From Eledone cirrhosa (Eukaryota), in the NCBI GenBank assembly GCA_964016885.1, contig OZ024745.1, positions 87,544,001-87,608,000 on the forward strand: a stretch of 64,000 bases of DNA, written 5' to 3'. Numbering within the stretch: position 1 is the stretch's first letter; each line of letters opens with the position of its first letter. The translations under genes were made by a program, and so were the position numbers. The notes below the pieces were generated by a model. The model was not told the DNA's origin. It saw only the letters and a program-made list of their open reading frames with translations, and did no database searches. This document shows positions 1-13,308 of this stretch, in pieces.

Positions 1-857
1 TTTCGCTGTATAATGGTCAGGGGCATCAGGGCAAGGACAAACAACAGAGGGGACAGACTATCTCCCTGGAAGATACCTCTCTTGATCTTCACGCCTCCCA
101 AGGATTCTTCAGCTGATGTTAACTCTGTTTTCCAGGACTTCATACTTTTGCCCAACAACTGTCTGATGTTATCTGCCACCTTGAAGATCTCTAGGCTTTT
201 GGTGATCCAAGAATGAGGGACCATGTCAAATGTCTTTTTGTAGTCTATCCATCCCATGGCAAGACCAGTGTGTCTCCGCTTGCAATTCCTCATTAGCATC
301 TTATCAATAAGTAACTTGTCCTTTGCACCACGGGACTTCTTTCGGCATCCTTTCTGTTCGTCCGGTAACAAGTTGTTTGTGTAGAGGTGATGGTAGATTT
401 CCTCAAACATAATGCTTATCAACAGTTTCCACATTACGGACAGACATCGGATAGGTCTATAGTTGGTAACAACATTACCCTTGATTCTGTCGTTCATTAC
501 CAGAACTGTGGTACCTTTTGTCAACCACTCTGGTACCTCACCTGACATCAAGCAGTCATTGAACATGGTTGTCAGTTTCGGTTGGAGGGATGTTATATTT
601 TTAATCCAATACCCCTGCACACCATCTAAGCCTGGTGATTTCCAGTTGGTTAGTTTTTTGGCCTGCTCCTTAAGAATTTCAACTCTGATACTCAAATCAG
701 TTTGTTGGTGTGCCTGTTCACAGATCTCCTTTTGTACTGTCTCAATCCACACTTCCTGGTCATTATTTTTAACATCCTGCTCCCATATTCCTCTCCAGAA
801 TGTTTTAGTTTGTTCCGCCTCAGGGATCAAGTCGTTGTCTCTTTCTTTCCCTTCAAG
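1..857 (-). mobile_element. R4/Dong-like RLE non-LTR retrotransposon, family A, 5'-truncated RT fragment (continues past window start)
   Basis: Near-identical to 17819-18675, which encodes KSPGLDGV, NYRPIRCL, EQKGCRK, WIDYKKTFD and GIFQGDSLSPLLF; 5' junction abuts (TTA)n at 858. Confidence 0.9.
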
Positions 858-903
858 TATTATTATTATTATTATTCCCTTATTATTATTATTATTATTA
901 TTA
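858..903. repeat. (TTA)n microsatellite between retroelements
   Basis: tattattattattattcccttattattatt... read directly. Confidence 0.95.
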
Positions 904-2943
904 CAGTTGGATTTATCTTGCTTTATGTTCATATGAGTTATCAGCAAGTCACAACCAGTAACCTCAAGAGACAACAAGGTCCGCCATGTTCTAGGAAGAA
1001 CATACATACTCACACATGCATCTTTAGTGTTTAGACTTGTGATGTACTTATTTTGATAGAATCTTCCTTAGTATATGGGCAGTTCCCATCTTTTGTATTT
1101 CTCCTATACGCGGGTTTCCTGGGATTTGCGATAAGTAATCATTAGACTCCTAAGGTATCATTCCTAGAGCGCCTACAACCACTGGTATTGTTTTAGTTCT
1201 CAATTTCCACATTTTTCTAGTTTCTATCTCCAGGTCCTTATAATTGCTCAATTTTTCAAATGTTTTTATAGATACATTCTTGTCTATTGGAAAGGACATA
1301 TCAATTAGCAGGCATACCCTCTTTTTAAACTCCTTCAATATTATATCAGGTCTATTTGCATCTATTTTTCAGTCTGTTTGGATGCTAAATTTCCACAAAA
1401 TTGAGATGTGATCTTTCTCAAGTATGTAAGGTGGTTGATGCTCCCACCAATACTGTTGATGGGGCAGGTCAAAATGCTTACACATTATCCAATGTATGTA
1501 TTGTGCAGCTCTGTCATGCCTGTTTAGGTATTCGGTTGGAGCTATAGGACTGCACATTGAAATTATATGGTCAATGGTCTCTGGTTCTTTTTTACATACA
1601 CGGCATAATGGGCTGCATCCATTTTTTATTATCTTGGCTTGGTAATTTTTTGTTGGCAGACACTGATCTTGTGCTGATATAATCAGTCCTTCAGTCTCCG
1701 ATTTCAGTCCAGAGGATGCCAACCCCTGATGGGTTAAAGTTTTGTCAACATCAGGATTGTTAGCTCGCTCTGGGTATTTTCCATACAGAGGCTTTTCTTG
1801 CCATTTCTTAGCCAGTTTCTGTAGCAGTTCTTTCTTTGCAGTTACTTTTACCTGCTTTGCTTTTTCTGTGTTTTCCATTTCAGCAGTAAATGGGACTTCT
1901 GAAATTTGTAGTCCATTACTGTATCTTTGTGCATCTTTTGTAATGGAATATGATCTTTTGATGCTTTCGTGTTTCAAAACGAGTTTGATCATCCAATCAT
2001 GTGATTCCCTTAGATATGTAGATAATCCAATTGTTGCAGTTTTCAACGCAATGTCTAACTGGATTAACCCACGTCCTCCTTCTTTCCTAGGGAGATATAT
2101 TCTATCTGTATCTGCCTTAGGGTGATGCATTCTGTGCATGGTTAAGAATTTTCGAATTTTTGTATCGAGCCTACGGATCTCTGTGCTTGACCAGTTGATG
2201 ACATTATAACTGTAGTTTACTACTGGTATGGCAAGCGTGTTTATGGCATCGATCCTATTCCTTGCATTCAATTCCGTTCTTAAGATTGCTCTTACTCTGC
2301 GGTAACATTCCTTCCTTATGCTTTCCCTCATTGTCGAGTGCTTGATTCTGTCTCCTTCACAAACACCTAGATATTTGTAAGTTTCCTCTTGATCAAGTTC
2401 TCTTATCACATTCCCCCGATCAAGATTAATGTCTGAACTTTTCAGCTGCTTTCCTCTGGTGAACGTTGCTTTGGCGCATGTATCTAGTCCAAACTCCATT
2501 TTAATGTCATCACTGAACTGCTCCAGAGTGGATAATATCCGTTGCAATTGTTCATCATTTTTTACAAATAGTTTCAGGTCATCCATGTAGAACAAGTGAT
2601 TAATGGTTTTGTCATAGACTTTATATCCATGTTTTGTTTCATTGAGCATTTTACTTAATGGTATAAGTGCGATGCAGAATAAAAGCGGTGATAAAGAGTC
2701 ACCCTGAAAAATTCCAGAATTAATATTAACTTCTCCAGCTTCCAGTGATTTTGTTTCACTATTCAAAAGGAGTGTCGTTTTCCATGTCTTCATACTGAAT
2801 GACAAAAACCTCCTGACAACGGGAGATATTTTGAAAATCTCTAAACTTTTTTCAATCCAACTGTGTGGCAAACTATCGAATGCTTTTTTATAATCTATCC
2901 AAGCAATTGATAGATTTTTGTGTCTATTATGACAATCTTCCAG
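904..2943 (-). mobile_element. R4/Dong-like RLE element, family B, 5'-truncated, with 3' UTR
   Basis: ORF 1369-2979: WIDYKKAFDS, GIFQGDSLSP, YMDD, CCHC knuckle CRVCKK..ETIDHIISMC; frameshifted RLE (RPD..LLID..K) ending at stop 1048; 3' UTR 904-1047 followed by (TAA)n on its own strand. Confidence 0.92.
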
Positions 2944-2960
2944 TATTATTATTATTATTA

Positions 2961-3900
2961 CTCTTTGAGTCTCAGTCATTGATGTTAGTTAACTCGAAAG
3001 TTTGTTGAAATGAATATCAAGCCACTACCTGCAGCCTCAGATATTCAGGACGTATCGGAGGGTTCTTGCTGTTCCCAGCAAGCATGCCTTTTAAAGCGTT
3101 CTAAAAAGCGTGAAGGGGCCAATTTTCTTTAACCATCCCTGGAAACTTTTTGAGTTAGTCCCTAGTGCGCCTATGACAATCGGGATCACTTTCACTTCAT
3201 GGCAGTTCCAAATCCTTTTAACCTCCCACTTTAAGTCCTGGTATCGGTTAATTTTCTCCCTCTCCTTCTCTTGCACTCTTGTGTCGAATGGGCAGGCCAC
3301 ATCCACAATCAGGCACGATCTTTTTTCTTTGTCCACAACCACCAGGTCAGGTCTATTGTGTTCCAGTTTCTTGTCGGTCTGTATCCTAAAATCCCACAGC
3401 ACCTTCACCTGATCGTTTTCTATCACCGCCTCTGGCTTATGCTCATACTACTTCTCAGAATGTGGTAAATTGTTTACTTTGCATAGGTGCCAGTGGATCA
3501 CCCTGCCCATCACATCATGTTTCCAGCTCTTATAGTGAGTCTGGCCTAGGTGTTTACACTCGGATACAATGTGAGCCACAGTCTCCTCTCTCTCTCCACA
3601 TATCCTGCACAGTGGGCTAGCCTCCTCCTTGTAAATATGGTGTTTCAACCACTTCGTTTTGAGGGCCTGCTCCTGCACAGCCATTAACATTCCTTCTGTA
3701 GCCTTTTTAAGGTCTCCTCTTTTCAACCAGTTCCATGTCAGTGGATCTCTAAATTCAGTTTTCTCAAAGAAGGTACTATGAAGGGATTTTTCATGAAGAA
3801 TGCTCTTTCTCGTTGAGGTTATTTCCTCCTTGGACATCCCCTGGCCTATTGTCCCCTCCTTCAGTACAGTTCTGAGCATTGGCTACTTACTATCAGTCAC
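2961..3900 (-). mobile_element. R4/Dong-like family A 3' fragment (zinc knuckle + restriction-like endonuclease)
   Basis: CRICGEREETVAHIVSEC; RPDLVVVDK..LIVDVACP..EKINRY; (TTA)n on both sides. Confidence 0.92.
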
Positions 3901-3919
3901 ATTATTATTATTATTATTA

Positions 3920-6421
3920 CAGTTGCATTTATCTTGCTTTATGTTCATACGAGTTATCACCAAGTCACTACCAGTGACCTCAAGAGACAACAAGGTCCGC
4001 CATGTTCAAGAAAGAACATACATATTCACACATGCATCTTTAGTGTTTAGACTTGTGATGTACTTATATTGACAGAATCTTCCTTAGTATATGGGCAGTT
4101 CCCATTAGTACTATCTTTTGTATTTCTCCTATACGCGGGTTTCCTGGGATTTGCGATAAGTAATCATTAGACCCCTTAGGTATCATTCCCAGAGCGCCTA
4201 CAACCACTGGTATTGTTTTAGTTCTCAATTTCCACATTTTTCCAATTTCTATCTCCAGGTCCTTATACTTGCTCAATTTTTCAAATGTTTTTATAGATAC
4301 ATTCTTGTCTATTGGAACAGACATATCAATTAGCAGGCATACCCTCCTTTGAAAGTCCTTCAATATTATATCAGGTCTATTTGCATCTATTTTTCGGTCT
4401 GTTTGGATGCTAAAGTTCCACAAGATTTAGATGTGATCTTTTTCAAGTATGGGAGGTGGTTGATGCTCCCACCAATTCTTTTGATGGGGCAGGTCAAAAT
4501 GCTTACACATTATCCAATGTATATATTGTGCAGCTCTGTCAGGCCTGTTTAGGTATTCGGTTGGAGCTATAGGACTGCACATTGAAATTATATGGTCAAT
4601 GGTCTCTGGTTGTTTTTTGCATACACGGCATAATGGGCTGCACCCATTTTTTATTATGTTGGCTTGGTAATTTTTTGTTGGCAGACACTGATCTTGTGCC
4701 GATATAATCAGTCCTTCAGTCTCCGATTTCAGTCCAGAGGATGCCAACCCTTGATGGGTTAAAGTTTTGTCAACATCAGGATTGTTAGCTCGCTCTGGGT
4801 ATTTTCCATACAGAGGCTTTTCTTGCCATTTCTTAGCCAGTTTCTGTAGCAGTTCTTACTTTGCCGTTACTTTTACCTTCTTTGCTTTTTCTGTGTTTTC
4901 CATTTCAGCAGTAAATGGGACTTCTGAAATTTGTAGTCCATTACTGTATCTTTGTGCATCTTTTGTAATGGAATATGATCTTTTGATGCTTTCTGTTTCC
5001 AAACGAGTTTGATCATCCAATCATGTGATTCCCTTAGATATGTAGATAATCCAATTGTTGCAGTTTTCAACGCAATGTCTAACTGGATTAACCCACGTCC
5101 TCCTTCTTTCCTAGGGAGATATATTCTATCCATATCTACCTTAGGGTGATGCATTCTGTGCATGGTTAAGAATTTTCAAATTTTTGTATCCAGCCTACGG
5201 ATCTCTGTGCTTGACCAGTTGATGACATTGTAACTGTAGGTTACTACTGGTATGGCAAGCGTGTTTATGGCATCGATCCTATTGTTTGCATTCAATTCCG
5301 TTCTTAAGATTGCTCTTACTCTGCGGTAACATTCCTTCCTTATCCTTTCCCTCATTGTCGAGTGCTTGATTCCGTCTCCTTCACAAACACCTAGATATTT
5401 GTAGGTTTTTTCTTGATCAAGTTCTCTTATCACGTTCCCCCGATCAAGATTAATGTCTGAACTCTTCAGCAGCTTTCCTCTGGTGAACGTTGCTTTGGCG
5501 CATTTATCTAGTCCAAACTCCATTTTAATGTCATCACTGAACTGCTTAACAGTGGATAATAGCCCTTGCAATTGTTCATCATTTTTTGCAAATAGTTTCA
5601 GGTCATCCATGTAGAACAGGTGATTAATGGTTTTGTCATAGACTCTATATCCATGTTTTGTTTCATTAAACATTTTACTTAATGGTATAAGTGCGATGCA
5701 GAATAAAAGCGGTGATAAAGAGTCACCCTGAAAAATTCCACAATTAATATTAACTTCTCCAGCTTCCAGTGATTTTGTTTCACTATTCAAAAGGAGTGTC
5801 GTTTTCCACGTCTTCATACTGAATGACAAAAACCTCCTGACAACGGGGGATATTTTGAAAATCTCTAAACATTTTTCAATCCAACTGTGTGGCAAACTAT
5901 CGAATGCTTTTTTATAATCTATCCAAGCAATCGATAGAATTTTGTGTCTATTATGACAATCTTCCAGTATCATTTTGTTAACCAGAAGCTGATCCTTACA
6001 GCCATATGAGCCTCGTTTACACCCTTTCTGCTCAATGGGAAATAGGTCATTTGTTATCAGGTGGTCATATGTGTATTCAGTTAGGACTGATGTTAAAATT
6101 TTATACATTGTGGTCCAGCAAGTTATCGGTCTGTAATTTTTGGGATTGTTTGTCTCATCATTCTTCGGAAGCAGGAATGTAATGCCGTTAACTAGCCATG
6201 ATGGTATCTTTTCTGGCTCCTTAACTGTTTCATTGTAAAGTTGGGCTAACAGCTCATGAGACTCTGTGAAGGCATTTATCCAAAAGATTTGTATTTTCTC
6301 TTTTCCTGGGGATTTCCATTTGCTGGTTTTTCTTAGAGCCAAGCGCAACTGTTCAACTGTTATATTTTCCCATGTTTGTTCCTCAAGGTGAGCTGTATCT
6401 TTCATTTGTCTGTCTATCCAG
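3920..6421 (-). mobile_element. R4/Dong-like family B, 5'-truncated, frameshifted
   Basis: ORFs 5176-6405 (RT: KSPG, NYRPIT, QKGC, YMDD), 4427-4747 (CCHC) and 4064-4423 (RLE). Confidence 0.92.
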
Positions 6422-9345
6422 ACACAGAGTAGTTGCCGCTGACACCAGACCAGGTGTCATACCGACAGCCATTACTGGCACAACAAAAGTCACACCAGTG
6501 CTGCTGCTGAATGTCAGAGGCCTGCTGAAACTCAGTAACATGAGTAAAATTTCCTACGTGGGAGACTTAGCAATAAGCAAACAAGCATTATGCATGGCAC
6601 TAACCGAAACGCATCTGACAAGCAGTATAGCAGTTGTAGAAATACATATACCAAAATATACTGTATTTCGTTCGGACAGGAAGGAGAGAACTCATGGTGG
6701 GGTTGCTCTGTCTATCCGTGAAGATGTCACACCAATTGTACTGTTGACACATTCAAACTCAGTCTGTGACACACTGATAGTACATATGAAGCAACTAAAG
6801 ACAGCAGTAATATGTGTCACATATCGGCCGCCCGATGCCCCCAGTCATGGGGGTAAATTTGAGGATAGCCTAAGTAGGATAGAAGAGGTCCTTGACAAAC
6901 AGGACTAGGGTCTCAACATTCTACTGCTGGGAGACTTCAACCTACCAAAGGTCAAATGGCCTGAGGGCCACCTACTCCCTGGAATGATGTCAATAGAACA
7001 GAGACAGACGGAATCCCTGCTGGCCCTCACACACAGGCTGTTCATGGAGCAAGCGATACTCCTCCCAACAATAGGCGAAAATGTCCTGGACCTCTGTTTT
7101 ACAAACAACGAAGTGCTCATCCACAATGTAAAGGTGACACCAACAATTCTCTCGGATCATAACTTAGTAGAACTAATGATATGTGGTCCGAGAGAACCAA
7201 CAGATACAAAACCACCAAGAAGCTCCGGGAAGTTATCCAGCCTTAACTTCTACAAGGCTAACTGGAAGAAGATTAAGAGAGAATCCAGAAGCAATCATGG
7301 AGTAAAAACACCGCCACACAAGACACTAACGCACAATTTCAACACTTCATGACAACGATACACACTATATGCAAAAAGTTTGTCCCGGAGAAAAAGGCAA
7401 ACAGACACAAAAATCTTATTCCCAGAGATAGGAAAATCCTTATGAGACGTAGAACCAAGCTCTCAAACCAGTTGAATGCTCAACAAGAAAACAAAAACAA
7501 GAAGGAATCCTATTTGAAATGTGTACTACTTGGCACCGAGTTTGCACTCAAACTTTCCGATGAAAATGAGAGGGCAAAGAAAGAGAACAGGGCCATCGAA
7601 AACATCAAAACAAACCCTAAGGCCTTCTTTAAATTTGCAAAAGAAACTGCCTCGGTACACTGCAAGATTGGGCCACTCTTTCATTAACCGAAAACCCCCA
7701 AGAGATATGTGAAATACTGAACGAACAGTACAAAAGTGTCTTCACATGTCCACTGAGGCACATGCAAATAACGAAGCCAGAGGAGTTCTTTGATGCCACA
7801 ACACTACATGAAGAAATGGCGACCATCAAACACATAGACATAATGGAGGAGGATGTGGTGTACGCCATAGATGAAATTAGAACAGACTCAGCTGCTGGAC
7901 CTGATGGATTCCAAGCAGTTCTCTTAAAAACATGTAAGCGGGCCTTAGCAACTCCACTGAAGATGCTCTTCAGAAGCTCCCTGACTAGCGGTGTACTACC
8001 CAGTGAGCTGCAAGAAGGCACAATATGCCCTATCCATAAAGGAGGTAGCAGATCAGACGCCAAAAACTATAGACCAGTCTCCCTGACGTCACATATCATA
8101 AGGTCATGGAGCGAGTCATCAGAAAGAAACTGATCACTTTCCTCGAGGAAAATGACCGCCTGCCTAGCACGCAAAATGGCTTCCGCCCAGGAAGAAGCTG
8201 CCTTACACAGCTGCTACATCACTACGACTGGGTACTGAAACAACTACTAGACAGCTCACATGTGGACGTGATATATCTTGACTTTGCGAAGGTCTTTCAC
8301 AAGGTTGACCACGGAATGATATGTCACAAACTACACGGACTCGGCATAACTGGAAAAAGTAGGTGAGTGGCTGCATGACTTCCTAAAGGACAGAAGCTAG
8401 ACAGTCGCAGCAAATAGGGCCCTCTCAAAGGAAACACCAATAACAAGTGGGGTGCCCAAGGGGACAGTCCTGGGACCACTACTGTTTGTGGTGGCTCTCT
8501 CAGACATACCCTCTATAGTACATACAACAACATCCCTCACTAGCTATGCTGATGACACTAAGGTAGCACAGGCAATCAAAAACCCGGCTGACGGTGCCCT
8601 TTTACAACAAGATCTGGAAGCCATATACAAATGGGCGGAAGAAAACAACATGCAGTTTAATGCTGGCAAATTCCAAGCCCTACAATACAAACCTCTAAAC
8701 AAACCTGCAAACACACATATAGTACAACACAACTACACAGGACCAGGGGGGACCGATATCCCCGTGTTTAAATCGATACGAGACCTGGGCATAGACATGA
8801 GCGATGGTGCATCTTTTTCTTCACACATCATGAAAGTGGCGACAATGTGCAGACGACTCGCTGGCTGGATCTTGAGGACTTTCCGGACAAGAGACCGAGA
8901 CACCATGTTGACACTATGGAGGACATTTGTCCTAAGCCGCCTGGACAACTACTCCCAGTTGTGGTCACCCCATAGTGTCAACCTAACCGCGGAGCTTGAG
9001 GCAATGCAGCGAAGCAACACCAAGATGATTGCCACGATGGAGGAGACAAGCTACTGGGAGAGGCTAAAGGAGCTGAACCTCTACTCCTTGGAACGAAGAC
9101 GGGAGAGATACGCAGTGATCTACATGTGGAAAATCCTGGAGGGACTAGCATCAAACTTTGGCATTGGGTTGCTGGACCAACCGTCGAACAGGACGTCACT
9201 GTGTGGTGCCAAAGGTCCCGTCTTCCACATCTAGAATAAGGAGCAGGTATTGTAATAGCCTGGGATTCAAGGGCCCTCAACTCTTCAACAAGCTGCCGAG
9301 GGATCTGAGAGATTTGCATGACATGGAGGTGGATGTCTTCAAGAA
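6422..9345 (+). mobile_element. Decayed CR1-group (CR1/Crack/L2-like) LINE ORF2: AP endonuclease + RT
   Basis: APE motifs LNVRGL, LTETHL, GGVAL, YRPP, GDFNLP, LDLCF, SDHN; RT motifs AAGPDG, NYRPVSLTS, QNGFRPGRSC, YLDFAK, YADDTK, LYSLERRRERY; several stops/frameshifts; 3' end missing. Clade assignment is approximate. Confidence 0.85.
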
Positions 9346-9349
9346 ACAT

Positions 9350-9555
9350 ATATATGCAAGTATCGGTTTACCGAACATTTATTATAATGCTCAGTTTGTT
9401 TGTAAACAAACAAACAGCCCGAATTACGCCGTACAGTGTCAGTGTTGAACAAAAAGGTGACGTGGTTGCCTAAACACTGTACGTCATAATTCGGGCTGTT
9501 TGTTTGTTTCCAAATAAACCGAGCATTATAATAAATGTTCGGTAAACCGATACGG
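9350..9555. repeat. Fold-back fragment of repeat family H1
   Basis: gtatcggtttaccgaacatttattataatgctc...tacagtgt followed by its reverse complement (~80 bp arms). Confidence 0.85.
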
Positions 9556-9884
9556 GACCCAATACAAAAATAATTCAGTCGATGGAAAAAAGCTAACGCG
9601 GACTAAATCCCAATCCATTGAAAACTTCACTGCCTTCATGGTCAGTGGCAAATCCAAAAGAATCAATCACGGACATTGAGGTTAATCAGTGAGGAGTGGG
9701 GTGTTAAAAAGACAGTAGCCAAGTTTAATACTATGAACGATAATAGTAATTTAGGCAAATTTTTGCTCAACAAAATAATTTGGAGATAATTATAAAGGAT
9801 TAGTATATCTACCAACATATTTATACATATATTTAAGTAACAGCCGTACTAAGAGTGAGAAATGAAATTTCGTTTCATTTATCC

Positions 9885-9924
<40 letters not shown>

Positions 9925-10383
9925 AAGAATTAATATATCTTCCAACATATTACTATAATTTTCTTATTTTACGTCTTTTATATAATAGTTCTACATCTCT
10001 TTGTATTGAACCACAAAGTTACTAAGACAAAACCTATATCTCTGCTAGCGTAAGTATACATCTGTATAAATATGTTGATAGATATATTAATTCTTTATAT
10101 ATACATATATATATATATATTTGGGAAAAATGAAACGAAATTTCATTTCTCACTCTAAGTACGGCTGTTAATTAAATATAAGTATGTATACGTACATATA
10201 TGTATACAGATATACAGTAGTATGTATATATATATATACATACATGCACACATATATATATGTACGTATGGATTCACCGAACATTTATTATAATGCTCGG
10301 TGTGTTTGTAAGCAAACATCCCGAATTAAGCCGTACAGTGTCTTGCAACCATAGTTGCTCATTTGTTCAACACTGACAAAGGA

Positions 10384-10426
10384 ACGCTGTACTAGTTTCA
10401 AGCTTATTAGCTATCGTCAGCAACGT
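10384..10426 (-). ncRNA. Minimal type I hammerhead ribozyme (H1)
   Basis: Minus strand: acgttg CTGACGA tagct aata agctt GAAA ctag TA cagcgt. Confidence 0.85.
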
Positions 10427-10655
10427 ATACCTTCCTGCCAGATGGTTGAACGTCTGAACGTATATACTTTCCTTATGCATATTAACGGCTGAGTCGCCTA
10501 ATTTGCATATCGAGTGAGTTAATCGGCCGGGATACCGAAAACGATGAACGGAAAAAATGAAAGGAAATTTCATTTCTCACTCTTAGTACGGCTGTTACTT
10601 AAATATAAGTATGTATACGTACATACATATATGTATACAGACGTACAGTAGTATG

Positions 10656-10754
<99 letters not shown>

Positions 10755-10924
10755 CATACATGCACACATATATATATGTACGTATCGATTCACCGATTAA
10801 CCCGATTCACCGATTTCACCCCGGCCGATTAACTCACTCGATATGCAAATTAGGCTACTCAGCCGTTAATATACATAGGGAAAGTATATACTTTCAGACC
10901 TTCAACCATCTGTCAGGAAGGTAT

Positions 10925-10967
10925 ACGTTGCTGACGATAGCTAATAAGCTTGAAACTAGTACAGCGT
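10925..10967 (+). ncRNA. Minimal type I hammerhead ribozyme (H1)
   Basis: acgttg CTGACGA tagct aata agctt GAAA ctag TA cagcgt. Confidence 0.85.
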
Positions 10968-11241
10968 TCCTTTGTCGTTGTTGAACAAATGAACAACGAT
11001 GGTTGCTAGACACTGTACGGCTTAATTGGGGATGTTTGTTTACAAACACACCGAGCATTATAATAAATGTTCGGTGAATCCATACGTACATATATATATG
11101 TGTGCATGTCTGTATATATATATATATATATATACATACTACTGTACGTCTGTATACATATATGTATGTACGTATACATACTTATACATATATATTCATA
11201 TATATATATATATATATATATATGTATACCCTTTTATATTC

Positions 11242-11337
<96 letters not shown>

Positions 11338-11340
11338 TAT

Positions 11341-11950
11341 AAAAGGGTTTGGATATTCCGACAGGCACTAAGTACCTACAGAAATATGCATGGTGTTTAT
11401 AATAGCTGTGGTTCGATGGTACTAATTTGAGATACCAGAACTATAAAAGTGAGCGGAACAAGTAATCATCAAACAATCTTTTAAATTAATTAAAAACGAT
11501 TTAAATATTCACGTGTTCTATTGCCGCTATTGCCGTTTCCGACGGTTTCACTTATCAAAAGATTGGAAATTCGGAGAATTTCCAATGGAAAGAATTAGAT
11601 CTTCAGACAGATATTTCCATACTATAATGGTATAAAACCTCATAGTAAGTTAATATTTCGCTTCCTGCCCGTTGCATGCGGTCAAGCCGTTAAAGTGACT
11701 TACACACAAAAGTAACGACATGAGTAAAAGCGGGTTATTTTAAACTTGTTGACCATGCCGCTAAAAATAGCAGCGCGATACAACGTTTTGTTCTCTACAT
11801 ATCGGAGAAAAGATATAAATGGGTATGGATATTCCGACAGGCACTAAGTACCTATAGAAATATGCATAGTGTTTATAATAGTTGTGGTTCGTTGGTACTA
11901 ATTTGAGATACCAGAACTATAAAAATGAGCGGAACAAGTAATCATCATAT
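11341..11950. repeat. ~476 bp unit (1.3 copies) with degenerate hammerhead H10 at 11533-11610 on minus strand
   Basis: ggatattccgacaggcactaagtacc block recurs at 11345 and 11821; minus strand ctgt CTGAAGA [long stem II] GAAA ccgtcgg AA acgg. Confidence 0.6.
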
Positions 11951-12475
11951 AGCTAACATGTTAAATATTTAACAATGACTTGATAATTATAAGTTAACTG
12001 CCCTACACTATCTCTCACTTAAGCGCATTAGCATTTCTTAGCTATAAATCACCTAAATTTCTAAATTCTCAAGGAGTTAATTTCCTTGAAACCTGTCTCT
12101 AATTAGTAAGGTAAATATCCTCAGGCGGCCATCTTGTTATGCATAGGCAGACATCGCTTAATACAGCCTCGACAGATGAATAATGCTTGCCTATAAGAAA
12201 AATTAAGTAGATCCAAAACACCGTTGTGAAATACCAATATATGGAACATTACATTCATATAACCTTCTTTCTTTACTTACTTTATATTTCTTATTCCATA
12301 GGATATTTATAAATATTTTCATTATTCTTTGAAGTTCTGAAGAGTCTCTCCATTTTTTACCTAAGTTACTTATCTTCATCTGAACCAGATCAATAAGGAT
12401 CTATAATCAATTGATGCATAAACATTATATGGAGTAGCGAAACAATTGTAAACGGACATTATTATTATTATTAAT

Positions 12476-12678
12476 GGGCGGTGGATTGGCAGTATCGGTA
12501 GAGGGTCGGACGCCATGCTTTCCAGCATAGTTACGTCCCTTTTACGATCTGAGTTCAAATCCCGACGAGGTTGACTTTGCCTTTCATCCTGACGGGGTCG
12601 ATAAAATAAAGTACCAGTAATGCACTGGGTAATTGCTGGCCTTGTGCCAAAAGTAGAAACAATTATTATTATTATTAA
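12476..12678 (+). mobile_element. tRNA-derived SINE (octopus-type, Meta-like core) with (TTA)n tail
   Basis: A box tggcagtatcgg, B box gagttcaaatcc, core gcctttcatcc..ggggtcgataaaataaagtaccag; attattattattattaa on both sides. Confidence 0.88.
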
Positions 12679-12716
12679 CATTCCTTACAATAATTACACT
12701 CCTTATTATTATTATT

Positions 12717-13062
12717 GTTCTTTGAGTCTCAGTCATTCATTGATGTTAGTTAACAGGAAAGTTTGTTGAAATGAATATCAAGCCACTACCTGCAGCCTCA
12801 GATATTCAGGACGTATCGGAGGGTTCTTGCTGTTCCCAGCAAGCATGCCTTTTGAAGCGTTCCAAAAAGCGTGGCGGGGACAAATTTCTTTAACCATCCC
12901 TGGAAACCTTTTGAGATAGTACCTAGTGCGCCTATGACAATCGGGACCACTTTGACATCATGGCAGTTCCAAATCTTTTTACCTCCCACTTTAAGTCTTG
13001 GTATCGGTTAATTTTCCCCCCTCCTCCTCTTGCACTCTCGTGTCGAATGGGCAGGCCACATC
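12717..13062 (-). mobile_element. R4/Dong-like family A extreme 3' fragment
   Basis: VVPIVIGALG...LQKACLLGTARTLRYVLNI* plus the family A 3' UTR; (TTA)n on both sides. Confidence 0.9.
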
Positions 13063-13093
<31 letters not shown>

Positions 13094-13308
13094 GAATGCT
13101 ATGGTTGACGGGGGCTCGGCTCTGTAAGGTACTGTAAATTTTGAACGCTATAACAATTGTAAATTGTTTAAAACTTAGACCAACTTGTAGACAAAAACAC
13201 CCTCCTCCTCGTGAGAGGGGTCTTTCTGCCCGTTATTTGGCCCTTCGGGGTTAAATAACTGCTTATCGGGGTTTTGTACCCAATATTTATTTTTAACAAA
13301 AAAACAAC

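Larger units (their letters stand above)
10128..11190. repeat. H1 ~440 bp hammerhead-bearing units: 1.5 tandem units plus an inverted copy
   Basis: Unit gaaatttcatttctcactc..gtacggctg restarts near 10563; 10820-11190 is the reverse complement of ~10180-10530. Confidence 0.88.

Noticed and set aside
13094-13200. HDV-like ribozyme defining the Tx1 5' end
   Set aside because: No P1 partner for gaatgct and no nested pseudoknot found by eye; not excluded without a descriptor search
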